Below are positions 8,747 to 17,694 of a stretch of 32,000 nt of DNA, piece by piece (within the stretch, counting starts at the first letter, position 1; the number at the start of each line of letters is the position of its first letter). The DNA is from Gemmata obscuriglobus. Lineage in GTDB: Bacteria; Planctomycetota; Planctomycetia; Gemmatales; Gemmataceae. The DNA lies in assembly GCF_008065095.1 (NCBI RefSeq), contig NZ_CP042911.1, positions 4,260,001 through 4,292,000 on the forward strand. Reading direction: 5' to 3'. The translations under genes and the position numbers were made by a program. The notes below the pieces were generated by a model. The model ran no database searches. It saw nothing but the letters and a program-made list of their open reading frames with translations, and had not been told where the DNA came from.

Positions 8747-9952
8747 ATGAACATACACGAACTCATTCGCGACCTGCGCGAACCGGCCAAGACGAAAATC
8801 GTCCTCCTTGTCGCCGACGGTCTCGGGGGGCTGCCGCTCGAACCGGGCGGGCTGACCGAACTCGAGACCGCCCGCACGCCCAATTTAGACGCGTGCGCCA
8901 AAGCCGGGGTGACGGGACTGAGCACCCCCGTGCTGCCGGGCATCACGCCCGGGAGCGGCCCCGGCCACCTCGGGCTGTTCGGCTACGACCCGCTGGAGTA
9001 CCAGATCGGCCGCGGCATCCTGGAAGCGCTCGGGATCAACTTCCAGGTCACGGCCCGCGATGTCGCCATTCGCGGCAACTTCTGCACCCTCGGCGCGGAC
9101 GGTAAAATCACCGACCGCCGCGCGGGACGCCCGACGAACGAGAAGAACAAGGCCGCCGTCGAGAAGCTCCGGACGATCACAATTCCGGGCGTGGAGCTGT
9201 TCGTCGAACCGGTGAAGGAGCACCGGTTCGTTCTGGTGATCCGCGGCGACGGTCTGGGCGACAAGGTGAACGACACCGACCCGCAAGCGGTCGGCGTGGC
9301 GCCGCTGAAGGCCGAAGGCGCGGACGAGCCGTCGAAGCGCACCGCGGAGGTGGTCAACCAGTTCATCGCCGCGGCGGTGAAGGTGCTCGCCGGCGAAGGC
9401 GCGATCAACGGTGCGACCCTGCGCGGGTTCGCGACCTACCCCAAGATCGCGACGTTTCACCATGTGTACGGGCTGAAGGCTGCGGCCATTGCGGTCTACC
9501 CGATGTATAAGGGCCTGGCCCGGCTCGTCGGGATGGACATCCTTGACCCCGGCCAGACCCTTCAGGGGCAGGTCGACACCCTTTCCAAGGTGTGGAACGA
9601 CTACGACTTCTTCTTCCTGCACTACAAGTACACGGACAGCACCGGCGAGGACGGGAACTTCGCGGCGAAAGTGCAGATGATCGAACAACTGGACGCGGTG
9701 GTCCCGGAGATCCAGAAGTTGAAGCCGGACGTGTTCATCGTGACCGGGGACCACAGCACCCCGAGCAAGATGAAATCGCACTCGTGGCACCCGGTCCCGA
9801 CGCTCCTGTGCGCGGACATGTGCCGCACCGACGAAGTGGCCGAGTTCAGCGAGAAGGCGTGTTTGCGCGGCGGACTGGGGCAGTTCCAGGCGATGCACCT
9901 GATGCTGCTGGCGATGGCCCACGCCGGACGCCTCGGTAAGTACGGCGCGTGA
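8747..9952 (+). CDS. apgM: Cofactor-independent phosphoglycerate mutase, archaeal type (ApgM family)
   Basis: From ATG 8747 the protein begins MNIHELIRDLREPAKTKIVLLVADGLGG. The downstream VTGDHSTPSKMKSHSWHPVP is a metalloenzyme-superfamily motif. About 401 aa, as expected. It is divergent from pgi. Confidence 0.75.
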   Translation: MNIHELIRDLREPAKTKIVLLVADGLGGLPLEPGGLTELETARTPNLDACAKAGVTGLSTPVLPGITPGSGPGHLGLFGYDPLEYQIGRGILEALGINFQVTARDVAIRGNFCTLGADGKITDRRAGRPTNEKNKAAVEKLRTITIPGVELFVEPVKEHRFVLVIRGDGLGDKVNDTDPQAVGVAPLKAEGADEPSKRTAEVVNQFIAAAVKVLAGEGAINGATLRGFATYPKIATFHHVYGLKAAAIAVYPMYKGLARLVGMDILDPGQTLQGQVDTLSKVWNDYDFFFLHYKYTDSTGEDGNFAAKVQMIEQLDAVVPEIQKLKPDVFIVTGDHSTPSKMKSHSWHPVPTLLCADMCRTDEVAEFSEKACLRGGLGQFQAMHLMLLAMAHAGRLGKYGA

Positions 9953-10045
9953 TTGAACGACCGGCGTGTGAGCCGGGTCGAAGTCAACGGGTTGCTTCGT
10001 CCCGGCCGGTGGGATAATGCACCTTCAACTCACTATGCCGAGCTT

Positions 10046-10585
10046 CTACCCCACAGGGGCGAGTATTTCCAGTACTTCCACCGCGGGCCGCGTGCCAGTG
10101 TAGATGACACCGATGCGACCGTAGGTTTCCGTTCCCGGAGCGACACGGAACCACTCCGCCATCGTGGGAGCAAGCGTTGCACGGAGGAACATCAGCGGCT
10201 CGATGCGGCGCAGCATGTTGTGCTGGATTAGCACTCGCCCGAGCGGCGTTTTGCCCTCCACGATGGCCGCGCGAACCGGTTCGGGGCAAACGCCAAGATT
10301 GATCCTCACCAGACCGAACTGCACGACGCGCCGAGCGCCTTCTTTGAGAGCGAGAAGGATTTTGCGGGCGTACTCGTCACCCTCACGCCGGCAGGCAATA
10401 ACTCTCACATCAACCGCCGAGCCGTAAAACTGCTCGACCGCAACGGTCATGTGGTGCTTGTGAACCAAGAGCGAACGGTACGGTTCCGGAACCTCATCGG
10501 CGGGCACCTCGACCGCTTCCGGGCGGTCCGGCGAGTCCGGGAACAGTTGATACAGGTGCTCGAACGTGGGGGCAGTGGTCAGCAA
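10046..10585 (-). CDS. Chorismate pyruvate-lyase (UbiC/DUF98)-like protein
   Basis: LLVHKHHMTVAVEQ, GKTPLGRVLIQHN (E. coli UbiC has GKTPLGRYLF) and TYGRIGVIY..RPAVEVLEILAP are collinear with UbiC. The track start is TTG, so the true start is uncertain. Confidence 0.6.
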   Translation of the reverse strand: MLTTAPTFEHLYQLFPDSPDRPEAVEVPADEVPEPYRSLLVHKHHMTVAVEQFYGSAVDVRVIACRREGDEYARKILLALKEGARRVVQFGLVRINLGVCPEPVRAAIVEGKTPLGRVLIQHNMLRRIEPLMFLRATLAPTMAEWFRVAPGTETYGRIGVIYTGTRPAVEVLEILAPVG

Positions 10586-10711
10586 CGTGTTGGCCCCTTG
10601 CGTGAAAGCGGCGTGGCAGGAGCGGAGAGGCGGGGGAGAATACCGGCACGGGCGCGGGGGCTTTCAGACCGTCCGGCGTCCGCGGGGCATGTCCCGCGGA
10701 CGCCGAGTCGT

Positions 10712-12511
10712 TTACTTTCCGAGCTGCACGAACTGCGTTACGCCCTGCTGCGGGAGGGTCGGCTTCTCAAGAACGCTGTCCACGAGGTAGTAGAGCAGTT
10801 CGCGGAACTCGGTGGGTTGAACCTCGTCGGCCAGCGATTCGGCTTTCGCGCGGAACTTGTCCACCAGCTTGTCGGCTTTCTCGAACACCTTCGCCGCGAA
10901 GTACAACCGCCGCACCCGGGCCACGATCTCTTCGGGGTTCGCGGCGGTCGTGCGCGATTGAACAATCAGGTGCAGCAGTTCCTCACGCTGGGCGGGCGTC
11001 GAGCCTTCCAGCGCCAGAGCGAGCAGGAGGGTCGGCCGGGCGGCCAGAACGTCCTGCCCCGAGACGAGCTTGTTGTCCTCGTCGCCGGTCCAGTCCTTGA
11101 TGTCGTTCAGGATCTGGAACGCGACCCCGACGTTCCGGCTGAAATCGGCGATCAGCTTTTCGTAGGCCGTCGCCTCACCAGCGAGCCGCACGCCGGTGTA
11201 CAGTGCGGCCTCGAACGCGGGGGAGGTTTTGAGTGCGTAGATTTTGAGGGCATCAAGGGTGGTGAGCGACTTGTCCTTCGCTTCCCGCCACAACAGCTCC
11301 GCGCCTTGCCCTTCGGACAGTTTGATGTGCGCGTCGGCGAGCTTGTCGAGGACGTCGGCCGCCACTTCGGCCCCGAGCGCCTTGCGGTCGCGGGAGACGC
11401 ACTTGTAGCCGACGCCGATCAGGTAATCGCCGACATTAATCGCGGTACCGACGCCGTACGTCCGGTGCAGCGTTTCCGCCCCGTACCGGTACGCGTCGTC
11501 GTCCTCGATGTCGTCGTGAACCAAGCTCGCCTTGTGGAACGCCTCGATTGCGACCGCGGCCCGCTTGACGTGGTCCGGCAACTCCCAGCCGCTATCGGCG
11601 AGCGTCGCCGGTGCGCCCTTCAGAGCGTCGTAAGCGGCGAGCGTGATGAACGGGCGGGAGCGCTTCCCGCCGCGGGCCAAGAAGTCGTAAGCGATGGCCT
11701 CGTGCTTGCGGAGCGGGTCCTGTTCCGGCGACCCGGCCCGCGCTTTCGGAACCAGCCGGGGCAACTCGGGCTCCTCGAACAGCCCGTTCGCCGCCCGCAT
11801 CAGGTGGACGTACGTTTTGGTCTTCGCGCCTTCGGCCGGCTTGTGGAGGCCGATCGACTCGAACACCCAGTCGTTATCGACCGAGGTGTTCTTGCAGTTG
11901 CTCGACAGCAGCGGGGTGGCGATGCACGGGATACCCGCCAGCAGCACCTTGTCGAACGCCTTCTCCAGCACGTTCAGGCACGCGACCCCGACGATGGCAT
12001 CGACGTGGCCGCTCACGATGATCTTCAGCACGATCGGCGTGCCTTCACTCACCAGCACCTTGTAGCCGAGTTCTTCGGCCTTGGTGCGGAAGTCGCCGAC
12101 CTCGCACGCCCCGCACTTCTTGCAGTCCAGCCCGAGTTCGTCGTACTCGGCCGGGCACCCCTCCGCGTTCTTGAGGCAGTGGGGGAGCAGCATCAGCCGG
12201 CGGTGGAACGGGATCGCCGCGACCTGGTCGCGCCAGAACTCGTTGGTCAGCATCACCATTGTGAAGCCGAGACACGATTCGCCCAGCCCGAGCGTTTTGA
12301 GCACGGACTCGGCCATTTCTTTGGCCGAGTCGCGCGTCAGCGGCTTGGACTTGTCCACCGACTTGCAGAACCGCTCGACCTCGGCGCGGATGCGGTCGCG
12401 CACGGCGCGGTCCTGCGGCACTTCTTTGAACGCGGCGGAGTTCAGCTTCGGCGGCTTGGCCGGCGCGCGTTCCGTTGCGGCTTCCGAAAGGGCTTCGGCG
12501 ACAGTCGTCAC
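10712..12511 (-). CDS. Fusion protein: N-terminal DUF116 (Cys-rich) domain plus C-terminal polyprenyl synthetase (trans-IPPS) domain
   Basis: The N-terminal half carries RRLMLLPHCLKN..CPA....C.KCGAC.V, GVACLN and IPCIATPLLSSNCKNTSVD, which is the DUF116 cysteine pattern. The C-terminal half carries GGKRSRP, a first Asp-rich motif DDIED (11501-11515) followed by DDAYRYG, and GVAFQILNDIKD (NDIKD at 11093-11107). The track start is GTG. Confidence 0.7.
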   Translation of the reverse strand: MTTVAEALSEAATERAPAKPPKLNSAAFKEVPQDRAVRDRIRAEVERFCKSVDKSKPLTRDSAKEMAESVLKTLGLGESCLGFTMVMLTNEFWRDQVAAIPFHRRLMLLPHCLKNAEGCPAEYDELGLDCKKCGACEVGDFRTKAEELGYKVLVSEGTPIVLKIIVSGHVDAIVGVACLNVLEKAFDKVLLAGIPCIATPLLSSNCKNTSVDNDWVFESIGLHKPAEGAKTKTYVHLMRAANGLFEEPELPRLVPKARAGSPEQDPLRKHEAIAYDFLARGGKRSRPFITLAAYDALKGAPATLADSGWELPDHVKRAAVAIEAFHKASLVHDDIEDDDAYRYGAETLHRTYGVGTAINVGDYLIGVGYKCVSRDRKALGAEVAADVLDKLADAHIKLSEGQGAELLWREAKDKSLTTLDALKIYALKTSPAFEAALYTGVRLAGEATAYEKLIADFSRNVGVAFQILNDIKDWTGDEDNKLVSGQDVLAARPTLLLALALEGSTPAQREELLHLIVQSRTTAANPEEIVARVRRLYFAAKVFEKADKLVDKFRAKAESLADEVQPTEFRELLYYLVDSVLEKPTLPQQGVTQFVQLGK

Positions 12512-12724
12512 GGGTCGGTCCTTGGCAACGGCTGGTGAATGCGAAGCTCGCGCCCCGCGCGGGCTTGGGAGAGGATACGGGACGCCGGGCGGTCAAACCA
12601 GTTTGGCCTCAACCCCGAGTGGGTGCAACAGAAAACGCGCTTGCGTTCGGACCGGCGGCGCGGTTTCGTGTATCCCGCCCCATACCCTCCGCCTGATACC
12701 CTCCTCGCTAGCGAGCCTTTCACC

Positions 12725-13675
12725 ATGCGCGCCGTTCTCTCCCTGTTGTTGTTCGCACCGATTGTAACGGCCCGGGCCGAAGAACCGAAGGCCGACCCGT
12801 TTGACCAGTCGAAGGTGGTACTTGAGAAAGAGCCACCGGCTGATTTCAAAGGCAAACGCGTTCTTGTGGTGGCCGGGCGCGCCAGCCACGGCCCGGGGGA
12901 CCACGAGTTCTTTGCGGGGTGCGCGATCCTCTGTGACCTGCTCAAGCAGACGGACGGCGTGTTCCCGATCATGGCCCGGGACGGCTGGCCCAAGAACGAA
13001 AAGCTGTTCGACACCGCCGACTGCGTCGTGATGTACATGGACGGCCGCAACGGGCACCCGGTGGTGCAGGGCAAGCGCATGGAGCTGATCCAGAAGCAGA
13101 TCGATCGCGGGTGCGGGTGGGTGAACCTGCACTACGCGGTCGATTACCTGCCCGAACACGGCAAAAAGGTCCTCGGCTGGATGGGCGGGTACTACGAACC
13201 GAACTACAGCATTAACCCGCACTGGGACGCCGTCATCCGCAGCCTCCCGAAGCACGAAATCACCCGCGGCGTGAAGCCGTTTACGCTCCGCGACGAGTGG
13301 TACTACGGGATGCGGTTTGTGGAAGACATGAAGGGCGTCACGCCGATCCTGCAAGCCGTGCCGCCGGACGGGACCCGCGGCACCGAGTACACCAAGCGCC
13401 GCAAGGGCGAGATCGAAACGATGGCATGGGCTTACGAGCGCCCGGATCGCGCGAAGGGCCGGGGCTTCGGGTTCACTGGCGGGCACTTCCACCGCAACTG
13501 GGCGGATGAGAACTTCCGCCGGGTGGTGGTCAATGCGGTGCTGTGGTCCGCAAAGGTTGAGGTACCGTCGACCGGGGCGAAAGTGGACTTCGACCCCGTG
13601 AACCTGAACAAGAACCTGGACCGGAAAGGGAAGGGCGAGTTCAAGCCGATTCTGCCGCCGGCGCCGGCGAAGTGA
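12725..13675 (+). CDS. ThuA-domain (trehalose-utilisation-like) secreted protein
   Basis: The internal ATG at 12725 yields the signal peptide MRAVLSLLLFAPIVTARA. KRVLVVAG..SHGPGDHEF, WVNLHYA and FTGGHFH fit the ThuA-like pattern common in planctomycetes. Confidence 0.6.
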   Translation: MRAVLSLLLFAPIVTARAEEPKADPFDQSKVVLEKEPPADFKGKRVLVVAGRASHGPGDHEFFAGCAILCDLLKQTDGVFPIMARDGWPKNEKLFDTADCVVMYMDGRNGHPVVQGKRMELIQKQIDRGCGWVNLHYAVDYLPEHGKKVLGWMGGYYEPNYSINPHWDAVIRSLPKHEITRGVKPFTLRDEWYYGMRFVEDMKGVTPILQAVPPDGTRGTEYTKRRKGEIETMAWAYERPDRAKGRGFGFTGGHFHRNWADENFRRVVVNAVLWSAKVEVPSTGAKVDFDPVNLNKNLDRKGKGEFKPILPPAPAK

Positions 13676-15479
13676 TCTTCACCGCCCGGCCCAGCGCCGC
13701 GACGGTGAAGATGATCGGGTACAGCTTCTCGAAGTACCACAACTTCGCGAAGTAGAACCCGATCGGACTGGCGTCGCGGAACCGGTCTGATTCGACCGCT
13801 TCCGCGAGCCACGCGACGCCCTTCTGAACGGCGTCGCCGTCTGCGAGGTCGAGCAGCACCTCCACCGCGAGCGCCGTTTCCTCGACGCTCGACGGGCACC
13901 CCTTTGCCCCACCCCAGCCGCCATCGGCATTTTGCACCGAGAGCAGGAACTCGATCCCGCGCCGGCACTCGGGCGCGTCCTTTAGCTCAAGATCGCGGTA
14001 CGCGGCGAGAACGCGCGCGGTGCCGTACACAGGGTTGATATCGTCGGGGGCGTGCTGGTTGCCGAACCACAGCGGGAGCCAGGAGCCGTCCGATCGCTGC
14101 TGTTTCTTGAGGTAGCGGACGAAGCGTGGGTTACGTCTCGCCACATCCCAGAAGAGTCCCGATAAGGGGAATTCCAAATCCTTGAGCCGGTGTCTCAAGT
14201 GTTCGATTGGAGGCGGTCCTGCTCCCCATACGCGGTACCAACTCGCGAGGCTGCGGACCGAATGTGCTGTCAAATCGGCGCCGCTGCGGTCGAACGGGAG
14301 CGTGCCCCAACCGCGGCAGAAGGTCGGCGCACCGCCGTCCCCGTTTTGCAGCCGGAGCACCCAGCGTAGGCCCGAGAGAACGGCTTGAGGATCAGACTTG
14401 GGGTCGAGGTGTGCGAGAGCGATCAGCGCGCCCGGGGTGTCGTCGCAGTCGGGCACGCCGCCCGGAAGGTCCGTCCACGCCCACCCGCCCGGGTCCGCGC
14501 CGGTGTACGGGTGCCGCTCCTTATACTGCTGCTTCAGCAGCCACGCGAGTATCTGCTCCTTCGTGTCGAGCGCTTCGAGGTCGCCCGCGGTCGCGAGCGC
14601 GTTGACGCTGAGCGTCGTCACCCAGGTCGCGAGGTTCGTGTCGATCGGCCAGCTCCCGTCGGGCCGAACGGAGGCGACCAGGAACCGCACGCCCTCGTCG
14701 ATCACCTGTTGTTCCGCAGCGGCGCGCCGGCGCCGGATGCTCGACAGCGCCATGACCACGAAGCTCGTCAGCGGGGTCGCTTCCAGGTACCCGCCGCTGG
14801 TGGGCTGAATGCGCCGCAGCACCTTCAGCGACAGCCCCCGCGCCAGGCGCCGGACGGTGTTGCGGATCGGATTCTGCGACCGCCGGTGGTGGTGGATGCA
14901 CTGGCCGATCGCAATCAGCGCCGGCAGGGCGTAGCTCACCACCGGCAGCTTCGCGAACCGGTACCAGCTCTGCGGCAGGCACGCCAGCTCGAAAGGCAGG
15001 CGCGGCACCTCGTCCCACGGAACCAGTTTCGCCACCGCGCAGGTCATTAGGATCGGGACCGAGAACGTATGGTCCTTGCCGTATCGGGCACGAATGGCCG
15101 CGGCCCGAGCCGTCGGCAGCGCGCCGGCGTTTCGACTCAGGTACTCTTCCACCCGCTGAACGGTTTCGGGGTACTCCTTCTCGCCCGCGAGCTTGAACGC
15201 GGCGCGGCACAGCATCGTCGTCGAGATGTTCGAGAAGCTCTTGACCGTGTCGCCCCAGCCGCCGTCGGCGTTCTGGTGTTCGGCGAGCCACTTCCGCCCG
15301 GCGTCGATCAGCTCGCGGTGTGTGAACGGGTTGACCAGGTGCAGCGCCATCACCGCCGTCGCCGTGGAGAGCGCGGAGGTCGAAAGCTCGCCCACCCAGT
15401 GCCCCTCAGGCACCCGCTCGGCGAGCAGCGCGGCGCGGGCGGTCCGGTACGCGGTGCGGAGCCGCTCGGCGGGAATCAT
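13641..15479 (-). CDS. shc: Squalene-hopene cyclase
   Basis: DCDD (the DxDD protonation motif) is at 14439-14450. There are several QW-type repeats (QNADGGWG twice, QNGDGGAP, RSDGSWLP). The N-terminus GHWVGELSTSALSTATAVMAL is typical of class II triterpene cyclases. 612 aa. Confidence 0.85.
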   Translation of the reverse strand: MIPAERLRTAYRTARAALLAERVPEGHWVGELSTSALSTATAVMALHLVNPFTHRELIDAGRKWLAEHQNADGGWGDTVKSFSNISTTMLCRAAFKLAGEKEYPETVQRVEEYLSRNAGALPTARAAAIRARYGKDHTFSVPILMTCAVAKLVPWDEVPRLPFELACLPQSWYRFAKLPVVSYALPALIAIGQCIHHHRRSQNPIRNTVRRLARGLSLKVLRRIQPTSGGYLEATPLTSFVVMALSSIRRRRAAAEQQVIDEGVRFLVASVRPDGSWPIDTNLATWVTTLSVNALATAGDLEALDTKEQILAWLLKQQYKERHPYTGADPGGWAWTDLPGGVPDCDDTPGALIALAHLDPKSDPQAVLSGLRWVLRLQNGDGGAPTFCRGWGTLPFDRSGADLTAHSVRSLASWYRVWGAGPPPIEHLRHRLKDLEFPLSGLFWDVARRNPRFVRYLKKQQRSDGSWLPLWFGNQHAPDDINPVYGTARVLAAYRDLELKDAPECRRGIEFLLSVQNADGGWGGAKGCPSSVEETALAVEVLLDLADGDAVQKGVAWLAEAVESDRFRDASPIGFYFAKLWYFEKLYPIIFTVAALGRAVKITSPAPAAESA

Positions 15480-15602
15480 GTCTGGTTCCGTCGTGAGTTC
15501 GGGCGTCCTGACGAATCCGATCGATCCGTAACCGTCGGACGCGAAACGGCCATGACTGCCACGTAAAGACAGCCCTCCGGGCCGCTGAAGAGCGGTTACG
15601 GA

Positions 15603-16613
15603 TCAACCAAGTTTGGTATGAGTCATTGTGGCGCCCGCGCAGCCCAGGGCGTCCGTCATCAGGCCGGGGACGTTCGCGAACAGCGCGTCACGGTGCCCGG
15701 CGGAGCGGTCCGCGAGCAAAAGGGCAAGGGCCGAGTTGGTTGTAGGATCGTAGCCCTCAGCCGTCGTGGCGCACTCCAGGTGGTTGGCCATGTGGTCTGC
15801 CGCGGCGACCAGCACCGCGAGCCGCGGCGCGCCGGCCGGCGCGTGGTGGTGCTTGATGGCGTCGATCAGCGCGCCGGGCAGGTTGCTGAGCAGCGCGAAC
15901 CAGGCGCCCAGTTCACAGTGGTCCGCGCCGAGGGCCTCGCGCTCGCGGGCCGTGGGGTTCAAGTCGTCGGCGAAGTCGAGCAGCCGCGCGAGCGGGACGC
16001 ACTCGGCGTCGGCCAGAGCGATCAGCACGCGCCCGATGTCGTGAAGCAGACCCGCGGCGTACTCCTCGCCACCGAACCCGAGCCGACCGGTCCGGTTCAG
16101 CGCCGAACAGAGCGACGCGGTAACGTACCCGTGGTGCCACAGCGCGCTGAGGGCGCCTGCAGTGTCGTCGGTCTTTCCGCTCAGCACCCGGCGGATGCCG
16201 ATCGTGGTTACTAAGCTCTTGCACTGCCACAGGCCGAGCCGCACCACCGCCTGGTCCACGCGCAGCACAGCGGACCCACCCGCGAACAGCGCGCTGTTCG
16301 CCACCCGCAGCAGCCCGGTCGCAAGGGCGGTGTCGCTTCGGATCAGCTCGGCCAGCGCCCCGAGCGAGACATCGGGGTCGTCCATCAGAGCCAGCGCCCG
16401 GACGGCCGTGGCCGGCAGAGCGGGAAGGGTGTCCACGAGCGCGCGGATTTGCCGCTCGAGGCGTGCCGACCGCTCGCGAGCAGTCGGCGGCGCCGGCGCG
16501 AACACCGCCCGCAGCGCGTCCGAAAATCGTTTCAGCAGCGGCACAGCGGGCCTCCGTGCGGGCACTGCTGGATCTCGCCGGGTGTCGTCAAGGTCGTCCT
16601 CGATCGATAACAA
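15603..16613 (-). CDS. HDOD-domain signalling protein
   Basis: LPALPATAVRALALMDDPDVSLGALAELIRSDTALATGLLRVANSALFAG together with WHHG...GLLHDIG is the HDOD / HD-related pattern. The track start is TTG, so the start is uncertain. Confidence 0.7.
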   Translation of the reverse strand: MLSIEDDLDDTRRDPAVPARRPAVPLLKRFSDALRAVFAPAPPTARERSARLERQIRALVDTLPALPATAVRALALMDDPDVSLGALAELIRSDTALATGLLRVANSALFAGGSAVLRVDQAVVRLGLWQCKSLVTTIGIRRVLSGKTDDTAGALSALWHHGYVTASLCSALNRTGRLGFGGEEYAAGLLHDIGRVLIALADAECVPLARLLDFADDLNPTAREREALGADHCELGAWFALLSNLPGALIDAIKHHHAPAGAPRLAVLVAAADHMANHLECATTAEGYDPTTNSALALLLADRSAGHRDALFANVPGLMTDALGCAGATMTHTKLG

Positions 16614-16644
16614 GAATGCACAGTTCTATTTCGTCCTGCTGGGG

Positions 16645-17694
16645 TCACAGCCCGAGGCTGTCGAGGTCGTCCACAAGTCTATCCAGATCGTCCTTCTGTG
16701 CGGCCGGCTTGTCGGCCTGCCGCTTGGGAAGGCCGACCGTTGTGCCCACCGCGCTGCGCCCGTCGTTTACCAGTTCGCGGTCGCGCTCCTGAACCGCCAT
16801 ACCCAGCGCGTCACCAACGTCGCCGCCGAACAGCCGACTGAGGTCGATTTTTAGCCCGCCCACTGCGCCGGTTTCGGCCCCCGCGATGGCCGCCGACTTG
16901 TACTCCGGGAAGATGATCGCCTGCTGTGGGCACACCCGGCTGCACGCCGGACAGCCCTTCTTGCACTGGTCCTGGTTCTCGACCAGGATACGCTCCAGCG
17001 AGTCGACTCCGTACACCCCGAACAAGCAGAAGTCGAGGCACTCGAGGCAGTTGGTGCAGCGGCTGTAGTCGATCACCGGGTACCAGCGCCGGCCGGCCGG
17101 CGCCAGCAGTGCCTCCGGGGCGAACGCCTGCTGCGCCGGGGGCAGTTCTGGCTCCGGCTTCGCGACCGACAGCCCGAGTTGCAGAACGGGCGGGTTGTTC
17201 GTCGCCTTCCCCCGGGCTTTCGCGGCGCGACGGTCCCGGCACTCGGCAGCGATCCGTCGGATCTCGACCCCGAACGCCTCGTGCTTGTTCGAGTCACGCA
17301 GGTCCAGCGTGTAGATGTGCCGGTCCGGGATCGTACCCGACGGCCCGATCGCTTCGGGCTTCTCAACCGGGGTGTCGGTCTCGGCGTCGTCCTCATCGTC
17401 CGTCGGCGGTTTTAACTTCGTTTCGCCGAAGTGACCCTTGATGCCGTTGCGGTCGAGTAGCCAGAAGGCGGCTCGAGGGTACAGCCATGACAGGACGACC
17501 ATGTCCCCCCGAACGGAATCGAGGAACAGCCGCCCGCTGTGATCCGGGCCGAGGTCATACAGGTTCGGCACCACCGACACTTCCAGATCGGGTTCGAGCA
17601 GAAGGGAAGCGACAATGCTCTCTTCGAGGGCCCGTTTCGCCGGGTGTTTACCGGGGGCCTGCGACAGAACGACCGTAAGGCGCGAGCGACTCAT
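16645..17694 (-). CDS. 2x[4Fe-4S] ferredoxin-domain protein with an uncharacterised ~200-aa N-terminal domain
   Basis: CTNCLECLDFC (CX2CX2CX3C) and CKKGCPACSRVCP (CX3CX2CX3CP) lie in the C-terminal half. ATG start at 17694. I recognise nothing in the N-terminal domain. Confidence 0.75.
   Translation of the reverse strand: MSRSRLTVVLSQAPGKHPAKRALEESIVASLLLEPDLEVSVVPNLYDLGPDHSGRLFLDSVRGDMVVLSWLYPRAAFWLLDRNGIKGHFGETKLKPPTDDEDDAETDTPVEKPEAIGPSGTIPDRHIYTLDLRDSNKHEAFGVEIRRIAAECRDRRAAKARGKATNNPPVLQLGLSVAKPEPELPPAQQAFAPEALLAPAGRRWYPVIDYSRCTNCLECLDFCLFGVYGVDSLERILVENQDQCKKGCPACSRVCPQQAIIFPEYKSAAIAGAETGAVGGLKIDLSRLFGGDVGDALGMAVQERDRELVNDGRSAVGTTVGLPKRQADKPAAQKDDLDRLVDDLDSLGL

Noticed and set aside
10451-12538. 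695-aa plus-strand ORF, the longest in this region
   Set aside because: It is antisense to the DUF116::polyprenyl-synthase gene, whose frame carries DDIED, GGKRSRP and the Cys motifs. The plus-strand product is Arg/Gly/Val-rich with no motifs.
13641-13675. 35-nt convergent 3' overlap of the ThuA-like and shc genes
   Set aside because: Both stops are unambiguous, and short convergent overlaps are common in compact high-G+C genomes. No further signal was seen.
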